Shown: one piece after another, positions 40,690-51,459 of the stretch | How the letters are laid out: each line of letters opens with the position of its first letter | Numbering within the stretch: position 1 is the stretch's first letter | Program-made: the position numbers and the translations under genes | Notes under the pieces: generated by a model | Told to the model about the DNA's origin: nothing | Database searches by the model: none | The model's input: the letters and a program-made list of their open reading frames with translations, nothing else | NCBI RefSeq assembly: GCF_006345805.1 | Contig: NC_043003.1 | Coordinates: 32,302,001-32,366,000 of the forward strand | Origin: Octopus sinensis | Taxonomy: Eukaryota | Reading direction: 5' to 3' | Length of the DNA: 64,000 nt

Positions 40690-40900
40690 TAGTGAATGCA
40701 CAAGAATGAGAGATGTACTGTTTAAAATGGTAAAGATAGTCAATTTCTTTTATGCTAAAGCTGCTAAACAGGAAATTGGAAGACAAGTTGCGCTTACTGC
40801 AAAGAGAAAAACTTTCTTTCAAAAATTTTATTGGGTTTCTCCAAGTGACACCTCTACGGAAATGGTGAATAGATTTTCAAGGGAAGATACATCTTAGTAT
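40690..40900 (+). mobile_element. possible hAT transposase remnant
   Basis: MRDVLFKMVKIVNFF resembles the VVKIVNFI motif of Charlie/SPIN-type hAT transposases; short match only. Confidence 0.3.
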
Positions 40901-41394
40901 ATAATCACTATTCTTCGGAATTAGAAAGGTGTCAGTCTCTATATTATTATCCGATTATATTGCCATCAAACTTGATTTTATTATAACGTTATGTCAGCTA
41001 TGTCAATTTAAATTGCTCTTTCCAGTCACTGAGAAATATAAAGAGTAGCTCAGTGAAGTACTTGATGCGTGTAGGACAACTCAAACAAAAAGTATAACAT
41101 CGATTACGGAAGTTGATTTAAACAAGCCTTAGATGTGTACAAATTTTGTAATGAGAAATCATACGTGTATTTGTTCTTAATAATATCTTCCCTACAATGC
41201 ATTGATTTCTACAGTTTTTCTTCTGTTTACTTTAATAATTGAACTACGGTCTTACGGGCTGCTACAAGCAAAAATTTTAGTGGATTCTACGAATACTTTT
41301 AATTATGAGAGTCAGGTACGTATTTTACTGATACATGCATACATACAAACATACAGGCATGCATACATACATATATTCATGTATATATATATAC

Positions 41395-41796
41395 TCTTTA
41401 CTCTTTTATTTGTTTCAGTCAGTTGACTGTGGCCATACTGGAGCACCGCCTTAAGTTGAGCAAATCGACCCCAGGACTTATTCTTTGTAAGCCTAGTACT
41501 TATTCTTTCGGTGTCTTTTGCCGAACCGCTAAGTTACGGGGAAGTAAACACACCAGCATCGGTTGTCAAGCGATGTTGCAGGGACAAACACAGATACACA
41601 AACATACACACACACACATATATACATATATACAACGGGCTTCTTACAGCTTCTTTCTACGAAATCCACTCACAAGGCTTTGGTCGGTCCGAAGCTATAG
41701 TAGAAGACATTTGCCCGAGGTGCCACGCAGTGCGTCTGAACCCAGAACCATGTGGTTCGTAAGCAAGCTACTTACCACACAGACACTCCTACGCCT
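41395..41796 (-). mobile_element. full-length SINE family A
   Basis: tRNA-like head at 41630-41796, (CA/TA)n middle and conserved tail at 41395-41610; a SINE B head fragment follows at 41800-41900. Confidence 0.8.
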
Positions 41797-41931
41797 GAAG
41801 TAAAGTCGACCTCAGCAGAATTTGAACTCAGAACATAAAGACGGACGAAATATTGCTAATCATTTTGCTCGGCATGCTAACATTTACGCCAGCTCTCCGC
41901 TTTATTATATATATATATATTATATATATAT

Positions 41932-41973
<42 letters not shown>

Positions 41974-42006
41974 ATATATACATACATACATACATACATA
42001 CATACA

Positions 42007-42038
<32 letters not shown>

Positions 42039-42059
42039 CATACATATATACATGTATAT

Positions 42060-42105
<46 letters not shown>

Positions 42106-42129
42106 AAATATGTATAAATATATATGTAT

Positions 42130-42162
<33 letters not shown>

Positions 42163-42704
42163 GTATAAACTCGCTTGGATGCGCATTCAGTATAAAATAA
42201 TACATACCAGCTTCTACTACCAATCATAAATACAACGTGATTTCAAGTATAACCACTTTCTCATTGCAGATATGTACCTGTTACTCATTTTAGAACATTT
42301 TTTTCTATAAGGTCTTAAATTATTAGCTACTATGATTTTGCTTATATTTTTACAAGTGTACTCTGTGTATGTCTGTGTATATGTACACAAGCCGTTTCTT
42401 TGCATATATTCTCTGACGCAAAATGCACTAACAATAATTGACACAAAAGTTGATTAGATTTGGTCAAATAGTAGCGTTGCGAGATCGAATCCGGAAGCAT
42501 TTGTTTGACAAGCGAGCTTCATAATCACATAGCCTACGTTCAAATAAATTCAGATTTACTCTGCTTAAATTGGGGATTGAAAATAAACGGTTGCAATACA
42601 GTAAACCAAATCCAGAACACGTTCTCCCTAGAAATGTATGTCATTGTACTTATTTATAGTATCAAGACTATAGAAGCAGCAATGAAGTAATAGTATTGCT
42701 ACTA

Positions 42705-42762
<58 letters not shown>

Positions 42763-44107
42763 CACTACTACTACGATTCGTAGTATGATGGAAAAAGCAT
42801 GTAGAAAAGTTCTTTCTGGGTGAAATGACGTCGTCCTATCTATAACTCTTTATCAGATAGAAACACAAAATCACTTGAAGAAATCGCGCGATAAGTAACT
42901 AATTGGTCTGTATGAAATTCGAAGCCATTCATCGTCGTTGCTATCCATTAATTCCTTATGTTACTCCGCGTTGTATTCCTACAGAGCCGGTTATTGGTTT
43001 TGTGTTTGGTGCCGATCACACTTTGATCTTTCTTCTGGTTTTAATAGACCATATGTATTCCAATACTTCACCTTTAGACCAGTTGGATATAATGTGCTTT
43101 AGTTATTCGTTTATCTAATTTCAGCTTCTTATCTTTCTTTTTTCTTTCTAATTTTTATTTCTCTCCATTCGTTTGATCATGGACATTCCGGGAAGAAATA
43201 TTGTGTGAAAGTTGAAACCTCATTAAAACTTTCTAAATCAGTATGACAGTTATATGTGAATACTAGAATTTTCTTGTATAGAATGCAGTGAGAAATTCAG
43301 AAAATGTCTACTATCTACTATATTATTAGTAGAATACTTTATGACTTTCGGTTGTTGAATGTCAAATGTGTATTTATTCATATATACCTATTAGCAAACA
43401 ATGGTAACTATGCTTACATTTCAAGTAGTGATACGGTGCCTGAGACACATTATAGAATTACGGCAAAGAAATTCTTTCTGGGAGATCTACTTTTTGTCTT
43501 ATTGAGCTCTCTCCGAAGTTTACTTTCTTCAACGTCGTTTAATTATGTAATTAGTGTGCTATCGATGATTATTTCAAATGGAACAGCATTGAAATTAATT
43601 CAATTACAATCCATTTGTGGAATGTGTTTCTCTGCTCATATGTATACTCACACACTAAACACATACGCACACACACACAAACACAGAATCTCACACACAC
43701 TCACGTATATATAAGTAGTGTATATATATATTTACGTTTATATATTTGTTGTGTAAGATTTATTGGCTAAACTGGCAAAATGACTATTCAGAAATACAAC
43801 AATATATATATTATTTGTTATTGTTTTATCTTTTATATTTTACTTGTTTCTGCCTTTTGACTACGGCAATGCTGGGGCACTGCGTTACAAGGTTTAGTGT
43901 ACCTAATTGTCTCTGATACTTGTGTTTGAAAGCCAGGTACTTATTCTAAAGTCCACTTTCGAGAAATCACTTCGTTATTGGGGCGTATATAAACCGACAC
44001 AGATTTCCAGGCAATGATGGGGTCAACCACAAAGATATACACACATATGTACACACTGGAGAAATCCACGCAACAATTATTTATACATATACATGTATAT
44101 ATATATA

Positions 44108-44314
44108 TAGAGGGTTGGCCAAAAGTCACCTGGCAGTAAATCAAAACCAAATAAATCTTCAAGATTTATTTACGTTTAACAGCAGAATGAATTTAATAAA
44201 AACATCTAAATATGAAGAATCATGAAAATTGTTCAACTGAAATCCCTCTTGAGCGACACATTTTTCCATTGGAGTTTTGATTTACTGTCGGGTGATTTTT
44301 ACCCAAATTTGGAT
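44108..44314. mobile_element. mariner-derived MITE (~205 bp)
   Basis: TIRs ttggccaaaagtcacctggcagtaaatcaaaac versus reverse complement ttgggtaaaaatcacccgacagtaaatcaaaac; TA flanks; internal minus strand KCVAQEG resembles a mariner C-terminus. Confidence 0.75.
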
Positions 44315-44568
44315 ATATATATATATATTTCTACCTCTTGGCTGAAACAGCTGTAAGTTATTTTCCCAATTTAGATTCATGTTTGTTATTTTATAATAAT
44401 TACTGGTATCCTTATATATAAATATATTTTAGATCTTATATGTAAAACATAATATGTTATAAGTATGTATATTATTGTAACTATCAGTTTAGTAAATAAA
44501 TAAATTAACATGATGTAATGTCTAAAAGTTGATGAACCATTTATTGATCCGCTCCATTTTCTTATTGC

Positions 44569-44603
<35 letters not shown>

Positions 44604-44763
44604 TGACATGACTTCGTTCAATTACCATATCGCAAATTTATTCAGAAGGCTTTCGTCGAAGCGGGCAATGATGGAAGTCACATACCCAACGTGCTAAGAT
44701 ATAAGACTGAACCCAAATCACGTATTTGGAAAGCAAGCTTCTTAACAATCAGGCCAGTGCCTA

Positions 44764-44802
<39 letters not shown>

Positions 44803-44820
44803 ATATATATTTCTAATATA

Positions 44821-44852
<32 letters not shown>

Positions 44853-44853
44853 G

Positions 44854-44884
<31 letters not shown>

Positions 44885-44885
<1 letters not shown>

Positions 44886-45470
44886 GGCAGGCAGGAAGCC
44901 AAAAAGTCGGTTGAGAAATTCCTGAATCGGGAAGCAAAGATTGGGAACACAGAGGGTGATAATTGCGAGGAAGAGTAAAACCCGGGTGGCATTGCCACAG
45001 TTTAAGATCTGTATAGAAGTCGAAACTTCGTAAAGACCTGATAATCCGTCTCTCTCGTTGCTGCAGTGGAGTCTGTGTTGTACTGGTCTGAGACTTGGAC
45101 ACTGACCAAGAAACTCAGTCATATGGGGGACGGGTGATATACCAGAATTCTGAGGATGGCTCTGAACATTATGTAGCAGAAACTGAGGATGAAGATCTTA
45201 GAGTTGTACAAGAGCCTCCAATAGTTAGATCGAAATACACAGAGGAGGCGGATATGATCACCGTCATTCAGAGTTAATAATGTATCAGTGCTTCTGTGGG
45301 GGCCCCAACAAGGACACATTAGAAAAGGGAGACCGAGGATAACATATGTTGATACTCTAAGGACAGATATTTGTCTCTGGCAGATACAGACGTGGTGTAG
45401 CGACGACGAGAGACAAAAACCACTGGAAAGTGCTCGTCCATGGATGTCGGCAATTTTACCCGCCTTAGAT
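44885..45470 (+). mobile_element. RTE-like LINE 3' fragment (copy 1)
   Basis: VAAVESVL..SETWTLTKKL...TRILRMALN...LLWGPQQGHIRKGRPRITYVDTL. Confidence 0.75.
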
Positions 45471-45729
45471 ATGTTTGTGTGTGTGTGTATAGTTCCTGTG
45501 TTTGGGTGTAAAAAAATATACTAGAGAATCAGTTAATTATGATTTTATTCGTCATATTCCCGTTTCAGATTCACACACTTACTGCAGCTGTCCTTCAGAT
45601 TTTATAAGCCCTGTAAATTAACTCTGAATGTTTAGCGTCCTATCAGGCCTTTTGTGAGACCCTTAAAGCCAGGAAGTTTTCAGCACTCGTCGTATAAGTG
45701 TTTGTGAGTTGGTGTGGGGTGTGGGCGTA

Positions 45730-45768
<39 letters not shown>

Positions 45769-45802
45769 ATATATATTTCTAATATAATATATATATATAT
45801 AT

Positions 45803-46385
45803 AGGCAGGAAGCCAAAAAGTCGGTTGAGAAATTCCTGAATCGGGAAGCAAAGATTGGGAACACAGAGGGTGATATAATTGCGAGGAAGAGTAAAACCCG
45901 GGTGGCATGCCACAGTTTAAGATCTGTATAGAAGTCGAAACTTCGTAAAGACCTGATAATCCGTCTCTTCGTTGCTGCAGTGGAGTCTGTGTTGTACTGG
46001 TCTGAGACTTGGACACTGACCAAGAAACTCAGTCATATGGTGGACGGGTGATATACCAGAATTCTGAGGATGGCTCTGAACATTATGTAGCAGAAACTGA
46101 GGATGAAGATCTTAGAGTTGTACAAGAGCCTCCCAATAGTTAGATCGAAAATAACACAGAGGAGGCGGATATGATCACCGTCATTCAGAGTTAATAATGT
46201 ATTCAGTGCTTCTGTGGGGGCCCCAACAAGGACACATTAGAAAAGGGAGACCGAGGATAACATATGTTGATACTCTAAGGACAGATATTTGTCTCTGGCA
46301 GATACAGGACGTGGTAGCGACGACGAGAGACAAAAACCACTGGAAAGTGCTCGTCCATGGATGTCGGCAATTTTACCCGCCTTAG
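45803..46385 (+). mobile_element. RTE-like LINE 3' fragment (copy 2, duplicated)
   Basis: Near-identical to 44885-45470. Confidence 0.75.
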
Positions 46386-46648
46386 ATATGTTTGTGTGTG
46401 TGTGTATAGTTCCTGTGTTTGGGTAAAAGAATATACTAGAGAATCAGTTAATTATGATTTTATTCGTCATATTCCCGTTTCAGATTCACACACTTACTGC
46501 AGCTGTCCTTCAGATTTTATAAGCCCTGTAAATTAACTCTGAATGTTTAGCGTCCTATCAGGCCTTTTGTGAGACCCTTAAAGCCAGGAAGTTTTCAGCA
46601 CTCCGTCGTATATAAGTGTTTGTGAGTTTGTGTGGGTGTGTGGGCGTA

Positions 46649-46714
<66 letters not shown>

Positions 46715-46722
46715 TGTGTGCA

Positions 46723-46753
<31 letters not shown>

Positions 46754-46754
46754 A

Positions 46755-47310
46755 TGTCAGGTCACTTTCGAGTGCTCCTGGTAACATGTAACCCAGTACA
46801 ACCTGTTGAATGGCCGAGTCGTCGGCGACTAAACCGGCAACCCCACCAAGCTTGCTTGGTGAGGAGGGTGTTTATTGGACACCCTGCGGGTTGAAAAACA
46901 AAACCCATCAGAGAGCGGAGGAGCACTTGAGAGTCAACGGCCGTCCAATAAATGTCTTAAGGCTGGATCATACGTGAGGACAGAAATAATCGGACTGAAT
47001 ACCCGATCGCGCAGTTAAACCATTGGGAGTGAAGGACTCCTAGCCTTTGTTAAGGCAGCCTTCTAGGAGAAGGTAACTCAGGTAACTGGGATAACTCCGA
47101 CGTAAAATCTGCGTCTCAGTGGTTACCGATGATGTTGACTTGTCTTCTTTTCGGATTATGACTGCTGTTGCTTAGTGAGTGGGATTGACTCAGTGCACGG
47201 CCTTTCCTCACTTTAAAAAAATCTTCTTGCACAGGCATTGCACAATAACAACATTGATTAAGCTTCGCGCAATGGCCATACTCGATAACGAGGGGGCAGC
47301 CATCACCATG
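46755..47310 (+). mobile_element. unclassified interspersed repeat, possibly an RTE 5' UTR
   Basis: GC-richer block between microsatellites; aggcagccttctaggagaaggtaactc resembles RTE 5'-UTR motifs from memory; ends at gccatcaccATG. Confidence 0.35.
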
Positions 47311-47350
<40 letters not shown>

Positions 47351-47360
<10 letters not shown>

Positions 47361-47637
47361 AGGAAATGAAGAAAATGCTGACAAAATAATTTAAGTAATT
47401 TAATTAGGTGCAAGTTCTTTTTACCGGTTGCACATTTGTTATGCTTAGCAAAAGATTAGAGTTCCTTTCTGATAGATTTTTTCCTCTTATCTGAGGAAAA
47501 AATCTATCAGAGAGGAACTCTAATCTTTTGCTAAGCATAACAAATGTGCAACCGGTAAAAAGAACTTCCACCTAATTAAATTACTTAAATTACTTAAATT
47601 ATTTTGTCAGCATTTTCTTCATTGCCTTTTTTATATA
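47351..47637. repeat. near-perfect long inverted repeat (hairpin, ~136-bp arms, 6-nt loop)
   Basis: Arm 47351-47486 pairs with 47493-47637; loop ttatct; about 4 mismatches plus a 9-bp duplication (ttacttaaa) in the right arm. Confidence 0.95.
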
Positions 47638-47669
47638 TCACAACTCGTGTTCCACATCTCCTTTTTTAA

Positions 47670-47734
<65 letters not shown>

Positions 47735-47739
47735 TATAA

Positions 47740-47803
<64 letters not shown>

Positions 47804-47926
47804 ATATATTATATATATATTACATTTTATAAAGGGCTTAGTAAAATAAATTACTTTGCCACATACAGAACTCATTAGAAATAGCAGTATATATATATAT
47901 ATATACATACATATATATATAATATA

Positions 47927-47993
<67 letters not shown>

Positions 47994-48164
47994 ACAAAGA
48001 TAAATGCGATACAATAAAATTAATTATAATCGCCGGTGTACCAGTACACGCCATATATTATACATATATCATTACATTCAAGGCGAAGAGTGTACTAGAT
48101 ACACAATAGCTGGATAAATTTATTGAGATGAGAATTAAAAACTTTTACAACTTAACTTTCTTTT

Positions 48165-48241
48165 TCTTATACTGCAGTTTCGCCAAATTCAGTAATAAAA
48201 ATAGTATTTATTTATTTACTCAGGCTGGCTCTTCAGTAAGA
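48165..48241 (-). ncRNA. type I hammerhead ribozyme, unit 1
   Basis: tctta-CTGAAGA-gcca...tggc-GAAAC-tgca-GTA-taaga; predicted cleavage between 48170 and 48169. Confidence 0.85.
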
Positions 48242-48573
48242 TTCCTGTTAACGATGGAAAGACCAATACCAATAGATCCATGTGCGTCTATCGAAATGCT
48301 CTTTCTAACTATTCAAAACACTGCGCAGACTCCGAACAAACCCGACAAAATGGGGATTGTGGTATATCGTCTAACGGTCAGAATTTATCGAGAGAATATG
48401 TAAACAAAGATAAATGCGATACATAAAATTAATTATAATCGCCGGTGTACCAGTACACGCCATATAATTATACATATATCATTACATCAAGGCGAAGGTG
48501 TACTAGATACACAATAGCTGGATAATTTAGTGAGATGAGAATTAAAAACTTTTACAAACTTAACTTTAACTTT

Positions 48574-48646
48574 TCTTATACTGCAGTTTCGCCAATTCAG
48601 TAATAAAATATATTATTTATCTACTCAGGCTGGCTCTTCAGTAAGA
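48574..48646 (-). ncRNA. type I hammerhead ribozyme, unit 2
   Basis: Identical core and stems; predicted cleavage 48579/48578. Confidence 0.85.
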
Positions 48647-48971
48647 TTCCTGTTAACGATGGAAAGACCATACCAATAGATCCATGTGCGTCTATTCGAA
48701 ATGCTCTTTCTAAACTATTCAAAACACTGCGCAGACTCCGAACAACCCGACAAAATAGGGGATTGTGGTATATCGTCTAACGGTCAGAAATTTATCGAGA
48801 GAATATGTAAACAAAGATAATGCGATACAATAATTATTATAATCGCCGGTGTACCAGTACACGCCATATATTATACATATATCATTACATTCAAGGCGAA
48901 GAGTGTACTAGATACACAATAGCTGGATAAATTTAGTGACTGAGAATTAAAAACTTTTACAAACTTAACTT

Positions 48972-49044
48972 TCTTATACTGCAGTTTCGCCAAATTCAGT
49001 AATACAAATAGTATTTATTTACTCAGGCTGGCTCTTCAGTAAGA
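48972..49044 (-). ncRNA. type I hammerhead ribozyme, unit 3
   Basis: Identical core and stems; predicted cleavage 48977/48976. Confidence 0.85.
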
Positions 49045-49374
49045 TTCCTGTTAACGATGGAAAGACCATACCAATAGATCCATGTGCGTCTATCGAAATG
49101 CTCTTTCTAAACTATTCAAAACACTGCGCAGACTCCGAACAAACCCGACAAAATATAGGGGATTGTGGTATATCGTCTAACGGTCAGAAATTTATCGAGA
49201 GAATATGTAAACAAAGATAAATGCGATACAATAAAATTAATTATAATCGCCGGTGTACCAGTACACGCCATATATTATACCATATATCATTACATCAAGG
49301 CGAAGTGTACTAGATACACAATAGCTGGATAAATTTAGTGAGATGAGAATTAAAACTTTTACAAACTTAACTTT

Positions 49375-49447
49375 TCTTATACTGCAGTTTCGCCAAATTC
49401 AGTAATAAAAATAGTATTTATTTACTCAGGCTGGCTCTTCAGTAAGA
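49375..49447 (-). ncRNA. type I hammerhead ribozyme, unit 4
   Basis: Identical core and stems; predicted cleavage 49380/49379. Confidence 0.85.
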
Positions 49448-49778
49448 TTCCTGTTAACGATGGAAACAGACCATACCAATAGATCCATGTGCGTCTATCG
49501 AATGCTCTTTCTAAACTATTCAAAACACTGCGCAGACTCCGAACAAACCCGACAAAATAGGGGATTGTGGTATATCGTCTAACGGTCAGAAATTTATCGA
49601 GAGAAATGTAAAACAAAGATAAATGCGATACAATAAAATTAATTATAATCGCCGGTGTACCAGTACACGCCATATATTATACATATATCATTACATTCAA
49701 GGCGAAGAGTGTACTAGATACACAATAGCTGGTAAATTTAGTGAGATGAGAATAAAAAACTTTTACAAACTTAACTTT

Positions 49779-49851
49779 TCTTATACTGCAGTTTCGCCAA
49801 ATTCAGTAATAAAAATAGTTTTATTTACTCAGGCTTGGCTCTTCAGTAAGA
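49779..49851 (-). ncRNA. type I hammerhead ribozyme, unit 5
   Basis: Identical core and stems; predicted cleavage 49784/49783. Confidence 0.85.
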
Positions 49852-50034
49852 TTCCTGTTAACGATGGAAAGACCATATATATATAAATATACATATATAT
49901 ATATATATATATAATATATATATAATATATATATATATATATTTATATATATAATATATATTATATATATATATATATTATATATATATAATATATATAT
50001 ATATATATTAGATATATATATATATATATAATAT

Positions 50035-50076
<42 letters not shown>

Positions 50077-50172
50077 TGTATATATATATATCTATGTATA
50101 TATAATATATATATGTTAATATATATATATTATTATATATATATATATATATTGTATATCTATATATATGTA

Positions 50173-50401
50173 GGCGGCGAGCTGGCAGAACGTTAGCACG
50201 CCGGGCGAAATTCGTAGCCGTATTTTGTCTGTCGTTGCGTTCCGAGTCAAATTTCGCCGAGGTCGACTTTGCCTTTCATCCTTTCAGGGTCGATAAATTA
50301 AGTACCAGTTACGCACTGGGGACGATGTAATCGACTTAATCCCTTTGTCTGTCCTTGTTTGTCCCCTCTGTGTTTAGCCCCTTGTGGGTAGTAAAGAAAT
50401 A
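50173..50401 (+). mobile_element. full-length SINE family B (best-preserved copy) in a (TA)n tract
   Basis: ggcggcgagctggcagaacgttagcacgccgggcgaaa...gtcgactttgcctttcatcctttc...gtagtaaagaaat; many homologs in the window. Confidence 0.85.
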
Positions 50402-50421
50402 TATATATATATATGTGTATG

Positions 50422-50456
<35 letters not shown>

Positions 50457-50809
50457 GTATGTATATGTATGTATATATATATATATATAATATATATGTA
50501 TGTATGTGTGTATATATGTATATGTATATGTATTTAGAGTGAGAGATAAATAGATATTTAATTGCATGTGAATGTGTACAAAAGCTCATCGTGTGGAATA
50601 TGGATGTAATTGAAATGTCAGAATTTTCACATGCTGTAACATATTAATTGATTTCCGATGAGAATTACGTTAAGCGCACCCATAACCGTAAGGGACTTCA
50701 TTTGATCGGGCATCTGGTATACTTCAGAAAGCGTATGAAATGGGATGGAAAACTGCGTGAAGCATTTCTAAAATTTATTTGCGGATCTATGAAATCATAT
50801 ACTATTGAC

Positions 50810-50935
50810 TAATACCTGAAGATCCGTCTCTACGTTGCTGCAGTGGAGTCTGTGTTGTAGTACGGGTCTGAGACATGGACACGGACCAAGAAACTCACTC
50901 AGATATTGGATGGGGGCTACACGAGAATTCTGTGG
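50810..50935 (+). mobile_element. RTE-like LINE fragment, third diverged copy
   Basis: IRLYVAAVESVL*YGSETWTRTKKL, homologous to 45020-45150. Confidence 0.7.
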
Positions 50936-51149
50936 TCGCGTATGTGCTCGCGAATGTGCTTACATATATGTGTTCACGTATGTGCTTAAATGCATGTGCT
51001 CTAATCTGACTTAGCGTGTTTTTTATGTCCCTAGAACAAAGAGGTTCGGCAAAATACCGAGAGAGAGAATTTTTGTGCGCCTGTCTACCTATGTGTGTAT
51101 GTATCTTCCTGTGTATGTTTGTGCGTATGTTTTCGCATCTATCTTTTAA

Positions 51150-51360
51150 CTCTTTCTTGTTTCACTCATTAGACCGCGGCCATGCTGTGAAACCGCCTTG
51201 AAGAAATTTTAGTCGAATGAATCGACCCCAGTACTTTTTAAAGCCTGATACTTATTGTATCGCCGATATTGCCGAACCGCTAAGTTATGTGAACACAAAC
51301 ATTTCAAAACCGGTTGTCAAGCGGTGGAAGGGGGACAAACACAGACTCAAAGATACACAC
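51150..51360 (-). mobile_element. SINE family A tail fragment
   Basis: gaccgcggccatgctg...gccgaaccgctaagtta...ggttgtcaagcg homologous to 41395-41610. Confidence 0.65.
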
Positions 51361-51365
51361 ATGTT

Positions 51366-51401
<36 letters not shown>

Positions 51402-51459
51402 ATCTATCTATCTATATATCTATATATATATATATATATCTGTCTGTCTGTCTGTCTTG

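Larger units (their letters stand above)
44790..46650. repeat. ~915-bp tandem duplication (2 copies)
   Basis: Landmark aaaaagtcgg at 44901 and 45815; gtgggcgtat at 45721 and 46640; differences are mainly 1-2 nt indels. Confidence 0.9.
47993..49877 (-). mobile_element. tandem array of ~403-bp hammerhead-containing units (candidate non-LTR retrozyme)
   Basis: Unit landmark (c of aacaaagataa) at 47995, 48405, 48812, 49212 and 49614; ~4.6 copies; one hammerhead per unit; flanked by (TA)n. Confidence 0.85.

Noticed and set aside
45150-45183. CTGAGGA...GAAAC hammerhead-like spacing in the RTE fragment (also in copy 2)
   Set aside because: No G10.1-C11.1 stem II, no stem III/GUH and no stem I; it lies in coding sequence (RILRMALN), so it is likely chance
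47993-49877. Tandem array as a CRISPR array or plain satellite
   Set aside because: Units repeat over their entire length with no unique spacers, and the context is eukaryotic; the conserved hammerhead explains it better
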